From Fimbriimonadales bacterium (GTDB lineage Bacteria; Armatimonadota; Fimbriimonadia; Fimbriimonadales; ATM1), in assembly GCA_041744215.1 (NCBI GenBank), contig JBGTLG010000006.1, forward strand, positions 32,001 through 96,000: 64,000 nucleotides of DNA. The letters are read 5' to 3'. Shown here piece by piece: positions 30,100 through 40,287 of the stretch (within the stretch, counting starts at the first letter, position 1; each line of letters starts with the position of its first letter). The notes beneath the pieces are model-generated. The model did not search any database and had not been told where the DNA came from. It worked only from the letters and a program-made list of their open reading frames with translations. The translations under genes were made by a program, and so were the position numbers.

Positions 30100-31410
30100 G
30101 TGTGGCTGCTTCTCGCGCTCATCGCGGGCACTGAGTTCTACGCGCTTGTGGCTAAGCCGGGCGTGCCCGAGGATCGCCGCGCCCTGGAGGCGATGCGCCA
30201 GGAGTTCGGCGTGAAGCACGGGGAGGCGGCCACTGCCGACGAGCAGGACGAGGTGCTGCGCGCCGCGCTGCACGCCATCTCCGAGATGGAGTTTGAGACC
30301 GCCGGGGCAGAAGGCAGCGCGGGCCGGGTCGTTTTGATCCTTTCTGGCGAGCTTGGCGTCTATGGCCCTCCCTTTGGGCCGCTCCCGAATGCCGAGGTCG
30401 ACGATTTCGAGGGCGACGAGACCCGCGAGGAGGCCGCCGAGCTGAGGCAGAAGCTGAACGACGCGCTCGCGAAGATCTACTCATCGGAGCCCATCAGCAG
30501 GGCGGAGTCGGAGGAGATGCGGCGCACGATCCTCTCTACCACCGGTCCCGGTTGGCCCTACGATCTCGCGCTCGACCGGCTCGCGGAACGGTCGGGGACG
30601 AAGCGCCAGCCGGAGGAGAACGTTGGGCTGGGAATGCTGATGGGGGTGCTGTTGCTTGGAGGGTTGGGGGCGTGGATCGCTTACTTCGTCCTGACCATGA
30701 GCGGGATGAAGCCGAAGGGTTTGCCACGGGAGAACGACACTCTTGAGGTCTCGGACAACCTTGCTTTGCGCTTCCTTCTCTTCATCGGGGCCTTTGCGTT
30801 CTTGCCTACGTTTGCGGCGGTGGCCGCATCTCGCGTGGATCTGCCCGGCGCCCAGGACGTTGCAATCCTGCTCGTGATGCTGGCGGCGACCGGGTTGATC
30901 TTATCTACCGAGTTAGCCGGAGTTCGAATGTCGCTTCGGCGGCTTGGCGTTCGATTCGATGGACTTTGGGGACAGGTGGCTTGGGGCGTCGGCGGCTTCC
31001 TCGCGAACATCCCGGTTCTGGCTGGGCTTCTCGCTCTGACTGAGACGCTGTTGAAGGCGCTGCCTTCGGGTGATCATCCGGTGCAGCAGCAGGTTTTCAT
31101 GGAGTTTGGGCTGTTCAAGGCGATCATAGGCGCGGTGATCATGGCCCCGATCATTGAGGAGATCTTCTTTCGCGGGTGCCTTTACCAAGGGCTTGCGGCA
31201 AGGTCTCGGAGTTGGGTGTGGCCGGTTGTGCTCTCGTCGGTGGCGTTCGCGTCGCTGCATCCACAGGGGATGCAGGCGTGGCTGGTTTTGGGGTGGATCG
31301 GTGGCATGGGTGCGATGCTGTTCCGCCAAACGGGCAGCCTGGTGCCCGCGATCGTGATGCACGCGCTGAACAACCTCGGCGCGATCTTGCTGACCGTCTA
31401 TGTCCTGTAG
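30100..31410 (+). CDS. CPBP family (CAAX/Abi) intramembrane metalloprotease with N-terminal extension
   Basis: APIIEEIFFRG, FASLH, MHALNN; start uncertain because the frame is open upstream. Confidence 0.88.
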   Translation: MWLLLALIAGTEFYALVAKPGVPEDRRALEAMRQEFGVKHGEAATADEQDEVLRAALHAISEMEFETAGAEGSAGRVVLILSGELGVYGPPFGPLPNAEVDDFEGDETREEAAELRQKLNDALAKIYSSEPISRAESEEMRRTILSTTGPGWPYDLALDRLAERSGTKRQPEENVGLGMLMGVLLLGGLGAWIAYFVLTMSGMKPKGLPRENDTLEVSDNLALRFLLFIGAFAFLPTFAAVAASRVDLPGAQDVAILLVMLAATGLILSTELAGVRMSLRRLGVRFDGLWGQVAWGVGGFLANIPVLAGLLALTETLLKALPSGDHPVQQQVFMEFGLFKAIIGAVIMAPIIEEIFFRGCLYQGLAARSRSWVWPVVLSSVAFASLHPQGMQAWLVLGWIGGMGAMLFRQTGSLVPAIVMHALNNLGAILLTVYVL

Positions 31411-31419
31411 AATCTGAGC

Positions 31420-32661
31420 GTGCTTTCCCGGTTAGAGCAGTTCGCGTCGCGGCGTTGGGTTTTCGCCGCGCTGCTCGCCGCGCTTTTGGCTACGGTTGGG
31501 TTCACTTATCGCAGCGTGGTCGGGGGCGATTGGTTCGCGTCGGGCGACGACATGGCGCATATCCTTCCGGAACTGCGAGAGGGCGCGCCGATGGATTGGG
31601 TTTCGGGGACCTGGGTCGGCAAGCGGATGTTCGACTACTACCGCCCGGTCACCTCGATCGCGATGTGGGTGCAGCACCGCGCGTTCGGTGAAACTCAGGC
31701 CGGTTGGCAGGCGGTCTCCCTTGGGTGCCATCTGGCCGCGGTCGCACTTGTGTCGCTTCTGCTCTTCAATCTGTTTCGCCTGGCGATCCCTGCGCTACTT
31801 GGCGCGGCGGTTTGGGGGTTTCGTGGTCGCGTGTTCGAGACGCTGGAGTGGACTCCGGCGCAGACCGATCTGTTTGCAGGGGTTCTTGGCTTCGCTGCGC
31901 TCCTGGCGTTCGTGAGAGGAATTCGCAGGCAGAGCGCGTTGCTGTTGGGGCTTTCGGCGATTGTGGCGCTGCTGGCGGCCGGGTCGAAGGAGGTCGCGCT
32001 GGTTCTGCCGGCGGTCGCGGCGGTGATCGCGCTGTTCGAGGACGGGGTTTCGAATCGGTCGAAGGCGTGGATCGTCGCGACGTGTGCGGGCCTGACGATC
32101 TGCATCCTGGCGGTCAGAGCGTTGGCGCTTGGCGGCATCGGGTTCCTGCCCGGTCAGGCTGTCGGCGATTCTGGACGCGCAGCCGGGGTACGACCTGCCG
32201 GTGTCTTAAGAAACCTCCTGGGATTCTGGCTTCCTGCTGTGATGACGCCACTCTCGCAGATCGGATGGCAGGCGGCGTGGGCCGCAGCGGTCGGCGGCGT
32301 GGCCGCATGGATTGCGGGCCGGAAGCGGCTGGTGCTCGGCTTTTCTGTCGGCGCAGCGGCGTTCGTTGCGATTACCTTCTTGCTCGACGATCCGGGGTAC
32401 TGGCTTCTTCCGCAAACGAGTCTTTCGGTCCTAACTGCGGCTGCGTTTGGCGGGGCTGTCCTGTTCGTGGTGCTTCGACGACCGAGGCAAACTCTGATGG
32501 TCATTCTCTGTGGGATAGCGCTCGGGCTTCCCCTTTACCATGTTGTGTACAACAAGGCGGGCAATGTTCGATACTTCCCAGACTTGTTTTGGGCGATGGG
32601 TTGGGCTCTGCTCGCGGCCTCCCTCGTCTCCAAAGAGACTACCGCTGAGACACGTTCGTGA
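31420..32661 (+). CDS. GT-C-like (TMTC/PMT-type) membrane glycosyltransferase-like protein
   Basis: DD motif after TM1, YYRP, SKE motif, many TM segments. Confidence 0.6.
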   Translation: MLSRLEQFASRRWVFAALLAALLATVGFTYRSVVGGDWFASGDDMAHILPELREGAPMDWVSGTWVGKRMFDYYRPVTSIAMWVQHRAFGETQAGWQAVSLGCHLAAVALVSLLLFNLFRLAIPALLGAAVWGFRGRVFETLEWTPAQTDLFAGVLGFAALLAFVRGIRRQSALLLGLSAIVALLAAGSKEVALVLPAVAAVIALFEDGVSNRSKAWIVATCAGLTICILAVRALALGGIGFLPGQAVGDSGRAAGVRPAGVLRNLLGFWLPAVMTPLSQIGWQAAWAAAVGGVAAWIAGRKRLVLGFSVGAAAFVAITFLLDDPGYWLLPQTSLSVLTAAAFGGAVLFVVLRRPRQTLMVILCGIALGLPLYHVVYNKAGNVRYFPDLFWAMGWALLAASLVSKETTAETRS

Positions 32662-33634
32662 GGAGTGCGGTCGCCCACTCTGCAGAACCTTCCTCATGCC
32701 GCGATGCTTCGCTCAAGCTTTCTTGTGACACAGTTGCAATGAGCTTAGCGAACCCTGCCGAGGTGTCGATGACTCGGAGGTGCACGCGACTGGTCTGCGG
32801 GCTCGCCTGGAAGACCGCGACCGCCACTCGCGCCGCATCAATGAAGTCTGCGTCTCCGCTCGCGGTAACTGTAGCCCTCGAGGAACTCGTCCTCGGGTCG
32901 AAATCGATGTGGATGAGTCTTGGTCCAAGCGTTCCCAGTCGGGCGGCAGCATCCCTCATGATTCGAATCTCTTCGGCGGTCATCGCTTGTGGCGCGGTAG
33001 ATTGGCTCGCAGGCGGAGCCGTCGTCGTAGCTGCAGGCTCCGGATCGTCTCCTGGCAGGGCGACTCTCGGGTCGGGAGGCGCTTCCTCTCCGATAGATAT
33101 GGGACGGATCAAGTCGTCGACGTTGACATCACCGCCATCTGCTCGCGCTTGGCCCATAAAAAATGCCCCGATGGCGATCCCAATCACGATGACTGCGATT
33201 CCTCCGTACATTACAGCCGTCCGCGCTCCGGAAGGCGGCACCTCGAGCCCTGCGAGCGTTTGCTTCGACACGGTCTTTTCGCGCGCACCGCGAAGTCTGT
33301 CTCGCTTAGCGGCCAGACTTGGATTCGTCGGCTCCAAATCGGCAGCAAGCTCGTACCAGTCGAGCGCCACCGACGAGTCGCCCTTATCAAGATGGATGTC
33401 TCCGAGAAGAATGTGGGCGGTTGAATTGTAGGGAAACTGCTTGAGTACTGCGAGACAATCCTTCTCAGCTTCTTCGTAATCCCCCCGCATTCGTAACAGG
33501 TTTGCTTTCGCGAGTTGCGGATAAACCGCTGCGTCCGCGGCATCCGCGGTTCCTCCGTTAACGGGCGCGCCGCACTCTGTGCAGAACTCGGCGTCGACAG
33601 CAACCTCGGTGTAGCAACGATCACAAATTTTCAT
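32639..33634 (-). CDS. Zinc-ribbon plus TPR membrane-anchored protein
   Basis: CDRC...FCTECGA, TPR-like helices, single TM. Confidence 0.75.
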   Translation of the reverse strand: MKICDRCYTEVAVDAEFCTECGAPVNGGTADAADAAVYPQLAKANLLRMRGDYEEAEKDCLAVLKQFPYNSTAHILLGDIHLDKGDSSVALDWYELAADLEPTNPSLAAKRDRLRGAREKTVSKQTLAGLEVPPSGARTAVMYGGIAVIVIGIAIGAFFMGQARADGGDVNVDDLIRPISIGEEAPPDPRVALPGDDPEPAATTTAPPASQSTAPQAMTAEEIRIMRDAAARLGTLGPRLIHIDFDPRTSSSRATVTASGDADFIDAARVAVAVFQASPQTSRVHLRVIDTSAGFAKLIATVSQESLSEASRHEEGSAEWATALLTNVSQR

Positions 33635-34075
33635 CTATTGGGTTCCTGTGCTTCCGAATCCGCCGGTCCCTCGATGGGTATCCGGCAACTCGTCGCACAC
33701 TTTCCATACTACGCGCTCCACCCTCGCGACGACCAGTTGGGCGATCCGATCGCCACTGTTAATCGTGACGGGTTCTGAACTCAAATTGATCAGGATAACC
33801 TTGATCTCTCCCCTGTAATCAGCGTCAATCGTACCGGGTGCATTCGGGATTGAAATCCCTTTGTTTAGCGCTAGACCCGACCTCGGGCGCACCTGTGCCT
33901 CATAACCTTCGGGGATCGCGACTCGAATGCCGGTAGCGACTGCTGTCCGCTCCCCTGGCCCGATCGTCGTCGTCTCATTTGCCCGCAAGTCCATGCCCGC
34001 TGATAGGGGAGTCGCGTAGTTGGGTACGGATTCCGGGGTCACTGCGGTGATTTCAACCTCGACGCGGTTTGGCAT
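33635..34075 (-). CDS. dut: dUTP diphosphatase
   Basis: [37 protein letters not shown] 34075. Confidence 0.96.
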   Translation of the reverse strand: MPNRVEVEITAVTPESVPNYATPLSAGMDLRANETTTIGPGERTAVATGIRVAIPEGYEAQVRPRSGLALNKGISIPNAPGTIDADYRGEIKVILINLSSEPVTINSGDRIAQLVVARVERVVWKVCDELPDTHRGTGGFGSTGTQ

Positions 34076-34135
34076 TGACTTGGTATACCCTGCGCAAAGG
34101 CGGGTATCGTTTCCAATCTTGGAGGTTTCCGAAGC

Positions 34136-34672
34136 ATGAAACAGTTCTTTGTCGGCGCAGCCGCCATCTTGGCGTTGGGAACAGGATACGCCCAGGGAGG
34201 CACGTCCATCCCGATCGGCGTCGACGGTGGCGTCTTCTTGCCACAAGATCAAACTGTGCGCGACGTCTTTGGCAGCGCTTGGTTTCGCGTTGGCATTACG
34301 CCCTTGAGTCTCCAATCGCCTGACAACTGGAAGTTCACGATGGACGTTGCCTACTTGCGCAGTTCGCGAAGCGGCAACAGCGTGTCTCTGCTTCCGCTCA
34401 CTTTCGGCGTGACGCGTGCTTTTGGGCAAGGCACCAACGTGCGTCCGTATGCTGCGCTCCGTGCCGGACCGTATTGGGGAAGCGTCAATTCACCGATCTT
34501 GGGCGTGAATAAGTCGCGCGTCGGACTCGACACAAACGTAGCTGTTGGACTGCTGTTCGGAAACGGTTTTTATGTCGAGGCACGCTACGACTACTTCAGC
34601 AAACTTGAAGGCCTGAACTTCAACGGATTCTTCTTGTCAGCTGGAATCAAGCTTTTCGATCTACGCTTATAG
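34136..34672 (+). CDS. Small outer-membrane beta-barrel protein
   Basis: Signal peptide, alternating beta strands, [18 protein letters not shown]. Confidence 0.75.
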   Translation: MKQFFVGAAAILALGTGYAQGGTSIPIGVDGGVFLPQDQTVRDVFGSAWFRVGITPLSLQSPDNWKFTMDVAYLRSSRSGNSVSLLPLTFGVTRAFGQGTNVRPYAALRAGPYWGSVNSPILGVNKSRVGLDTNVAVGLLFGNGFYVEARYDYFSKLEGLNFNGFFLSAGIKLFDLRL

Positions 34673-34681
34673 TTCGAACGT

Positions 34682-35950
34682 ATGTCAAAGGGTCCGACAG
34701 ACACTAAGCCGCCAGCCGAGCGAGCCTTGCTGGTCTTAGTGAACTCGGATACTGAAGACGACTTTTACGTCGAACAAGAACTGACGTCACTCGCTGAAGC
34801 TGCCGGAATCGAGGTTGCTGCGTTTTTGCGACAGCGAGTTGACAAACCGCAAAGCAGAACCTATATCGGCAAAGGAAAAGTCGAGGAGCTTCACGCCGCG
34901 ATAAAAGATGAAGAGGCAGACGTCGCAGTGTTTGACTGCGAGCTCAGCGCGGTTCAGCAACGGAATCTATCAGAAAGCCTTAAAGTAAAGGTTATTGATA
35001 GGACGCAGTTGATCCTCGACATCTTTGCTCAGCGCGCACACACTCGTGAGGGTGTATTGCAAGTAGAGCTTGCTCAGTATTCCTACCTTTTGCCGAAGAT
35101 ATCCTCTCTGTACACCCAGTTCGAACGACAGAAGGGCGGCATAGGAATGAGGGGACCCGGTGAGCAGAAGTTAGAAGCTGATCGTCGTCGGATCAAAGAT
35201 CGTATCGTTCACTTGTCGCGCGACTTGGAAGATGTGCGTGCGCAACGTGGCCGGCAGCGCGCCGGGAGAAGGAAAACGCCGTTCCCGTTTGCGTGCTTAG
35301 TTGGGTACACAAGCGCCGGAAAGAGCACGTTGATGAACCGGCTATCCGGTAGCACGGTGTTCGCAGATCCGATGCTGTTTGCCACGCTCGATCCAACAAC
35401 CCGGAAGATTGAGTTGCGGGATGGGTACAGCGTGTTTCTGACAGATACCGTCGGATTTGTCCGCAATCTTCCTACAAACCTTGTCGCCGCTTTTCGCGCA
35501 ACATTGGAGGAGGTCGGCGAGGCCGATTTTCTGATCCACATCATCGACGTCAGTCATGAAAGCTGGGAGTTGCAGCGCGATGCAGTAATCGAAACGGTTT
35601 CTGAGTTGGGTGCTGGGGATCTCCCTATGATGACCGTCTTCAACAAGGTGGATCTGTTGTCCGATCGCACGATTCTTCGAGAACTTGTGGCGAGCGTGCC
35701 GATGTCTGTCGCGATCTCTGCAACGAAGGCCATCGGGATGGACGATTTCCAGGATGCCCTCCTAAGAATGATCCGTTCATTGCTTGTACCTGTCGAGGCG
35801 ATCATTCCGTATGCAAAGAGTCGGCTTGTCCAAGAGTGTTACGATTTTGGGCGCGTGCTCAGTGTCGATCATAAGGAAGATGGGATTCACGTTCGCGCAG
35901 AGTTGGTCGGTGAAATGGCGGCCCGCATCAAGGCACAAATTGCGTCGTGA
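34682..35950 (+). CDS. hflX: GTPase HflX
   Basis: DRTQLILDIFAQRA, RGPGE, GYTSAGKST, LFATLDPT, DTVGF. Confidence 0.96.
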   Translation: MSKGPTDTKPPAERALLVLVNSDTEDDFYVEQELTSLAEAAGIEVAAFLRQRVDKPQSRTYIGKGKVEELHAAIKDEEADVAVFDCELSAVQQRNLSESLKVKVIDRTQLILDIFAQRAHTREGVLQVELAQYSYLLPKISSLYTQFERQKGGIGMRGPGEQKLEADRRRIKDRIVHLSRDLEDVRAQRGRQRAGRRKTPFPFACLVGYTSAGKSTLMNRLSGSTVFADPMLFATLDPTTRKIELRDGYSVFLTDTVGFVRNLPTNLVAAFRATLEEVGEADFLIHIIDVSHESWELQRDAVIETVSELGAGDLPMMTVFNKVDLLSDRTILRELVASVPMSVAISATKAIGMDDFQDALLRMIRSLLVPVEAIIPYAKSRLVQECYDFGRVLSVDHKEDGIHVRAELVGEMAARIKAQIAS

Positions 35951-36762
35951 CGGTTGGGGAGTGGCTGGCTTTAGCCACCGACAAGCTTGCTTCGACCGGC
36001 GTTGAGTCTGCAAACGCCGACGCTGAGATTATTGCGGCGCATGTCCTCGGAAAAACGAGAAGCGAGGTGTTCGCGCATCCAGAGTGGCAAGTCAATGCCG
36101 AAGCGACTGTATTGCTGGAAAGACGCATTGCCGGCGAGCCAATCGCATACATCCTGGGTTATCGAGAGTTCTACGGAAGACGATTTGCGGTTGACAAGCG
36201 AGTCTTAATCCCCCGCCCTGAAACCGAGGTGTTGGTTGAACATTCTGTGAAGTCGATCCCGGAAGGCGCTACGGTCTGGGACGTTGGTGTCGGCAGTGGT
36301 TCGATTGCGATATCACTTGCAATCGAACGGAGCGACATTCGCGTGATCGCAAGCGACGTTAGCCTCAATGCTCTGGAGGTGGCCCATGAGAACGCGATCT
36401 CGCTTGGCGCGTGTGTGCAGCTTGTTCGTGCGGATGGCTTGACGGCGGCGCGCGACGGTAGTCTCGGCGCGGTTGTCTCGAATCCCCCTTATGTAAAGCC
36501 TGGCGATCCGTTGCTCGAAGATTCCGTGCGTCGTTTTGAACCCGCCGTTGCGCTGTTCTCTGACGGCGGGTTAGGGTTCATTTCTCGATTGGTGATCGAA
36601 TCGGATCGTGCGCTGCGTCCGGGAGGCGTGCTGATCTTGGAGTTTGGATTGGGGCAAAGTCTTGAAGTCGTGGAACTCCTGCATCGGTTCGAACGAGTGG
36701 AGTTAGTTCCTGACCTTAGCGGTCGCGATCGTCTAGCAATCGCTTGGAAACCCACGACCTGA
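35947..36762 (+). CDS. prmC: Release factor glutamine methyltransferase
   Basis: GEPIAYI, VLIPRPETE, DVGVGSGSI, SNPPY. Confidence 0.95.
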   Translation: MTVGEWLALATDKLASTGVESANADAEIIAAHVLGKTRSEVFAHPEWQVNAEATVLLERRIAGEPIAYILGYREFYGRRFAVDKRVLIPRPETEVLVEHSVKSIPEGATVWDVGVGSGSIAISLAIERSDIRVIASDVSLNALEVAHENAISLGACVQLVRADGLTAARDGSLGAVVSNPPYVKPGDPLLEDSVRRFEPAVALFSDGGLGFISRLVIESDRALRPGGVLILEFGLGQSLEVVELLHRFERVELVPDLSGRDRLAIAWKPTT

Positions 36763-37222
36763 GCCAAACGACCATTGCCAGCGAGACCGCAAGTCCCATC
36801 CAAAGGGTGAAGGGAACGAGGATCGCAGCATCGACGCTGTACTCTGCCTTTTCAAGCCCTTCGATTCCTCGATATCCAAGCGCGTTCTCGCGGAGCCGAA
36901 TGAACAAGAACACGCTCCCGCATAGATGGCCAGCAAGGGAGCCGAAGTAGCCCGCGATTGGCTCGATGAGCACCGAGATCAACCCGGCAGCAAGCGAGAG
37001 CCCAGCGATGATCGTGATCAAGGTGCTCAGAGATTCGATCGTGCGCGGATCGGTGATTGCGATTGCCGCGGTTGCTCCGACTCCTTGTGCGATTGCGGCA
37101 AAGGAAAACAGAAGGCAGCCCACTGCAGCTTTCGCGTCACGGTCTTTCCGCCAGCGCTCGCTCAAAGAACCGCGTCGCGGTTCATCGGTGTCCAGCTGTC
37201 CGAACGGGGTCTTGTCGCTCAC
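36716..37222 (-). CDS. Hypothetical membrane protein (about 4 TM)
   Basis: Hydrophobic ORF; start uncertain (GTG 37222 or TTG 37240). Confidence 0.55.
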   Translation of the reverse strand: MSDKTPFGQLDTDEPRRGSLSERWRKDRDAKAAVGCLLFSFAAIAQGVGATAAIAITDPRTIESLSTLITIIAGLSLAAGLISVLIEPIAGYFGSLAGHLCGSVFLFIRLRENALGYRGIEGLEKAEYSVDAAILVPFTLWMGLAVSLAMVVWLRSWVSKRLLDDRDR

Positions 37223-37237
37223 GAAAAACAGTGTAGC

Positions 37238-37278
37238 CAAAAAGAATGGCCGAGGCAGGAGATGCTCCCGCCTCGGCC
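37238..37278 (-). terminator. Rho-independent terminator after the protease gene
   Basis: GGCCGAGGCGGGAG...CTCCTGCCTCGGCC followed by ATTCTTTTT on minus strand. Confidence 0.75.
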
Positions 37279-37290
37279 GGTATCCCGAAA

Positions 37291-40074
37291 CTACTTGAGT
37301 AGTGTCAGAACGGTACTCGTAGGCACGAAGTTACTCGTCGCCGTGATCGAGACATTTGTGTTTTGACTCACTTTCTTCGTCTTGATCACGAACGTCGCTT
37401 GCGTCGCGCCAGCGGAGAAGTTAACCACGCTTGGTACAGTCACCAGCGGACTGTTCGCAGACACCTGGACCGAGAAGCCCTGTGGCGCTGGCGAACTGAT
37501 CACGATCTTGCCCGTTGCATTCTTGCCGCCCTTCACGCTTGCTGGCGTGATAGTGAACGAACTGATGCTTGCGGGCAGAACGGATAGCGGCGCTGCGACC
37601 GTCGTCCATCGAGACGCTCTTATCGGAACGAGTGCGGGGTTGATGACCGCAATCGTTTGGATGTTGAACGTCGTCGATGTTTGTCCTTCCGGAACGACTA
37701 CTGTACTGGGAACCGTCGCAACAGAGCTGCCCGTGGTGAGGAACACCGTCGCGCCACCTGTCGGAGCTGGACCGCTGATCGTCACCGTCCCCATCGAGCT
37801 CGTCCCGCCGCTCACCTGAGTCGGTGCAAGCGTTATCGCGCTCGCAGTGGGCGTCGCGATCGTCAATCGAGTCGACCGAACGTTTGTCCCTGGGATCTGC
37901 GCGAACAGAGTTGCGTCCTGAGAGACGACGACTGGCGAAGTCGAAACGACAACGCTGAACGAGGTATTGCCCTCAGGAATGTTAACCGACGTCGGCATCG
38001 ACGCCGCTGAGTGGTTGGTCCAGAGGTCAACCATCAATCCACCATCCGGCGCGCCGCCATTCAGCTCAATCGTAGCGAGAGCCTGGTGGCCACCCGTGAC
38101 TTGCGCTGGGGCAACGGTGATTCCAGTGACCTGCGGTTCGACGATCTCCAGCATTGCCGTCTTGGTATCTCCAGACCGGGTTGCGCTGATAATCACGCTC
38201 TGGGCAGCGCTGCCCGCAACCGTTGAGATTGGGAACGTGGCAGAGGTAGCACCTTCAGGAACAGTTACGCTCACAGGAACTTGTGCAACCGATGGCGTAT
38301 CCGATTCAAGGGTCACTTCTGCGCCGCCTGTGGGAGCCGCAGAGCGGAGCGTAACTTCGCCAAGGCTGCTACCACCGCTGATGACCACTGGCGGATCGAG
38401 AGCGATCACGCTGACCGTGCTGAGCGGCGGTGCCGGGAGATTGTGCGCTGTGAACGCCTCGTCGATTTCGTCGTAGTTCGGCGTCCCGTTGGTGATATCT
38501 CCGTCGTCGTCGTCCAAAGTGAGAACGTCGATCGTGATGTTTGGATTGATCGGAGGGCTCAGCAGGATCACGTTGAGATACAGATACCGGGCATGATCGA
38601 GGCCTGCCTGTGCACCGTGCTTCGCTTGAAGCAGAACGTTCAGCCGCCAGAAAGCGCCACCTACGACCTGTCCGCAATGATGGACGCCGCCAACGCAGGG
38701 ATACTGGACGTTTGCGTTGAGAGGGTTGCGAACGTTTGTGCCAGGTCCGCTGAAGCCACGGCCAATGATCGGGTCGTCTGCGAGGAGCATCGACGTGATA
38801 TCGGCGAAGCCTTCATGGAATGCGCCTGTGGGATTGTTATGGCCCGTATTGACGATGTGGTGCCCGTACTCGTGATAGACGACCGATGTATAGGCCGTAT
38901 TCACGCAGCTTCCGCCCTGCCGATAGAAGTTGATTGACGAGCCGTTGTAGAACGCGTTGCACTGGTTGTTGATGTTCACGTTTGCCGGCAATTGAATATC
39001 GACGCCCGGATATGCCGGGTTGATTGCCTTGGTGAAATCGTGGACGATCGTCGTATGGAGAAGCGCGTTCACCTGCGACGTTACGAACTCGGTCGGTGTT
39101 GCATTGAAAATGAAGTCCGCGGGCCCAGGCGGCGTGACGTTCATCGTCAAGACCTCGTTGCTTCCTGCTTGGTTCACGCTGCGTGTCCAAGGGCTGTGAA
39201 GCCGTGCGTCAACCGCAACCTGCGTGGAGCCTGGGTGCGAAATCGTGAACAAGCCGTTCATTCCGGCATAGGCGGAGTTTCCGCCCTGCACAAGCGCTTG
39301 GGCGGGGAGGTCGTGAAGCGTAGGCGGATTGCCAGCGGTATCGGGATCCATCCCGGGTGTCGCCCACCCCTTGATCGAACCGTTGATATCGACATAGTAG
39401 ATACCGTCGCGCCGCTCAAGAACTTCGCCCGTCACGGCATCGATGAAGTAAATCCACCGCTCAGGCTGAGCCAGGTTGTTGGTGCTCGCCTCTATCTTGT
39501 AAGCGTATCGCGCGACCGAGCCCTCGGACCAAATCACGAACTCCGGCTCCAGAATGTTGTCCGCGTGCGGCATGTGCTTGCGAACGATTTGGAGTGCCAG
39601 AAGGTGACTGATCAGGCCACTTGGCGGGGAGTAAGGTGTTTCGCGGATGATCGGCCCTGCCAGGACGACCGAATGCGGTGATCCTGGTTTGACAAGGACG
39701 GTCAAGCCCGCCTGGTCGATCTTGACGCCGAACGCGTACTGATGGAACCAGAACACTTCGAACTTCTCGCCGATCGACGTGAATTTCTCAAGGCGAAGGT
39801 CTGTGGGGCGCACCCCGAAGGCATTAGCGTACTGCTCGACAAACTGGATCGCTGAGGCTGCTGGGCTGGTGCCCTCGACGGGAATGTTGCCGTAGAGCCG
39901 CCCGAGTCGGCCAGTTTCGGGGTCGGGCGCCGTGAAGGCTTTCGGCTGCTCGGTAAGGAGAGTGTTCAACGCCGCTGTCTGTTCCGTTGCAGGGATCTGC
40001 TGAGCTGCGGCAACGCCCACCAGACCCACAAAGGCGGGCAAAAGCATCGCCCGCACTACCGTTCCTTTTCGCAT
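37291..40074 (-). CDS. Secreted M4/M36-like zinc metalloprotease with propeptide and four C-terminal beta-sandwich repeats
   Basis: Signal peptide, FIDAVTGEVL PepSY-like motif, CNAFYNG, HEYGH, HEGFAD; repeats ...GG...G.VT...AP.GG..V.L...VP.SV.VPEG.TS.TF. Confidence 0.85.
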   Translation of the reverse strand: MRKGTVVRAMLLPAFVGLVGVAAAQQIPATEQTAALNTLLTEQPKAFTAPDPETGRLGRLYGNIPVEGTSPAASAIQFVEQYANAFGVRPTDLRLEKFTSIGEKFEVFWFHQYAFGVKIDQAGLTVLVKPGSPHSVVLAGPIIRETPYSPPSGLISHLLALQIVRKHMPHADNILEPEFVIWSEGSVARYAYKIEASTNNLAQPERWIYFIDAVTGEVLERRDGIYYVDINGSIKGWATPGMDPDTAGNPPTLHDLPAQALVQGGNSAYAGMNGLFTISHPGSTQVAVDARLHSPWTRSVNQAGSNEVLTMNVTPPGPADFIFNATPTEFVTSQVNALLHTTIVHDFTKAINPAYPGVDIQLPANVNINNQCNAFYNGSSINFYRQGGSCVNTAYTSVVYHEYGHHIVNTGHNNPTGAFHEGFADITSMLLADDPIIGRGFSGPGTNVRNPLNANVQYPCVGGVHHCGQVVGGAFWRLNVLLQAKHGAQAGLDHARYLYLNVILLSPPINPNITIDVLTLDDDDGDITNGTPNYDEIDEAFTAHNLPAPPLSTVSVIALDPPVVISGGSSLGEVTLRSAAPTGGAEVTLESDTPSVAQVPVSVTVPEGATSATFPISTVAGSAAQSVIISATRSGDTKTAMLEIVEPQVTGITVAPAQVTGGHQALATIELNGGAPDGGLMVDLWTNHSAASMPTSVNIPEGNTSFSVVVSTSPVVVSQDATLFAQIPGTNVRSTRLTIATPTASAITLAPTQVSGGTSSMGTVTISGPAPTGGATVFLTTGSSVATVPSTVVVPEGQTSTTFNIQTIAVINPALVPIRASRWTTVAAPLSVLPASISSFTITPASVKGGKNATGKIVISSPAPQGFSVQVSANSPLVTVPSVVNFSAGATQATFVIKTKKVSQNTNVSITATSNFVPTSTVLTLLK

Positions 40075-40287
40075 TTTCGTCCTCCGTCCCTCTCCGAATG
40101 GCATATCGCTGCCCACACGCATGGGCTCTGAGAAGAACAATGTTGGACGTATGGTTCGATGCGATCCGTTCGAATTCCTTCATGGGTATACTTCCTCCGG
40201 TTCTTGAACCTTCTGGAACGGCGTTATTCGATGGAAAATCCACCAGTTTCTTTTGCGAGAATGGCGGCCACGAGAACGGTTCCAAAG

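Noticed and set aside
34076-34429. N-terminal extension of dut in the ORF track
   Set aside because: Overlaps the divergent beta-barrel gene; dUTPase similarity begins at ATG 34075.
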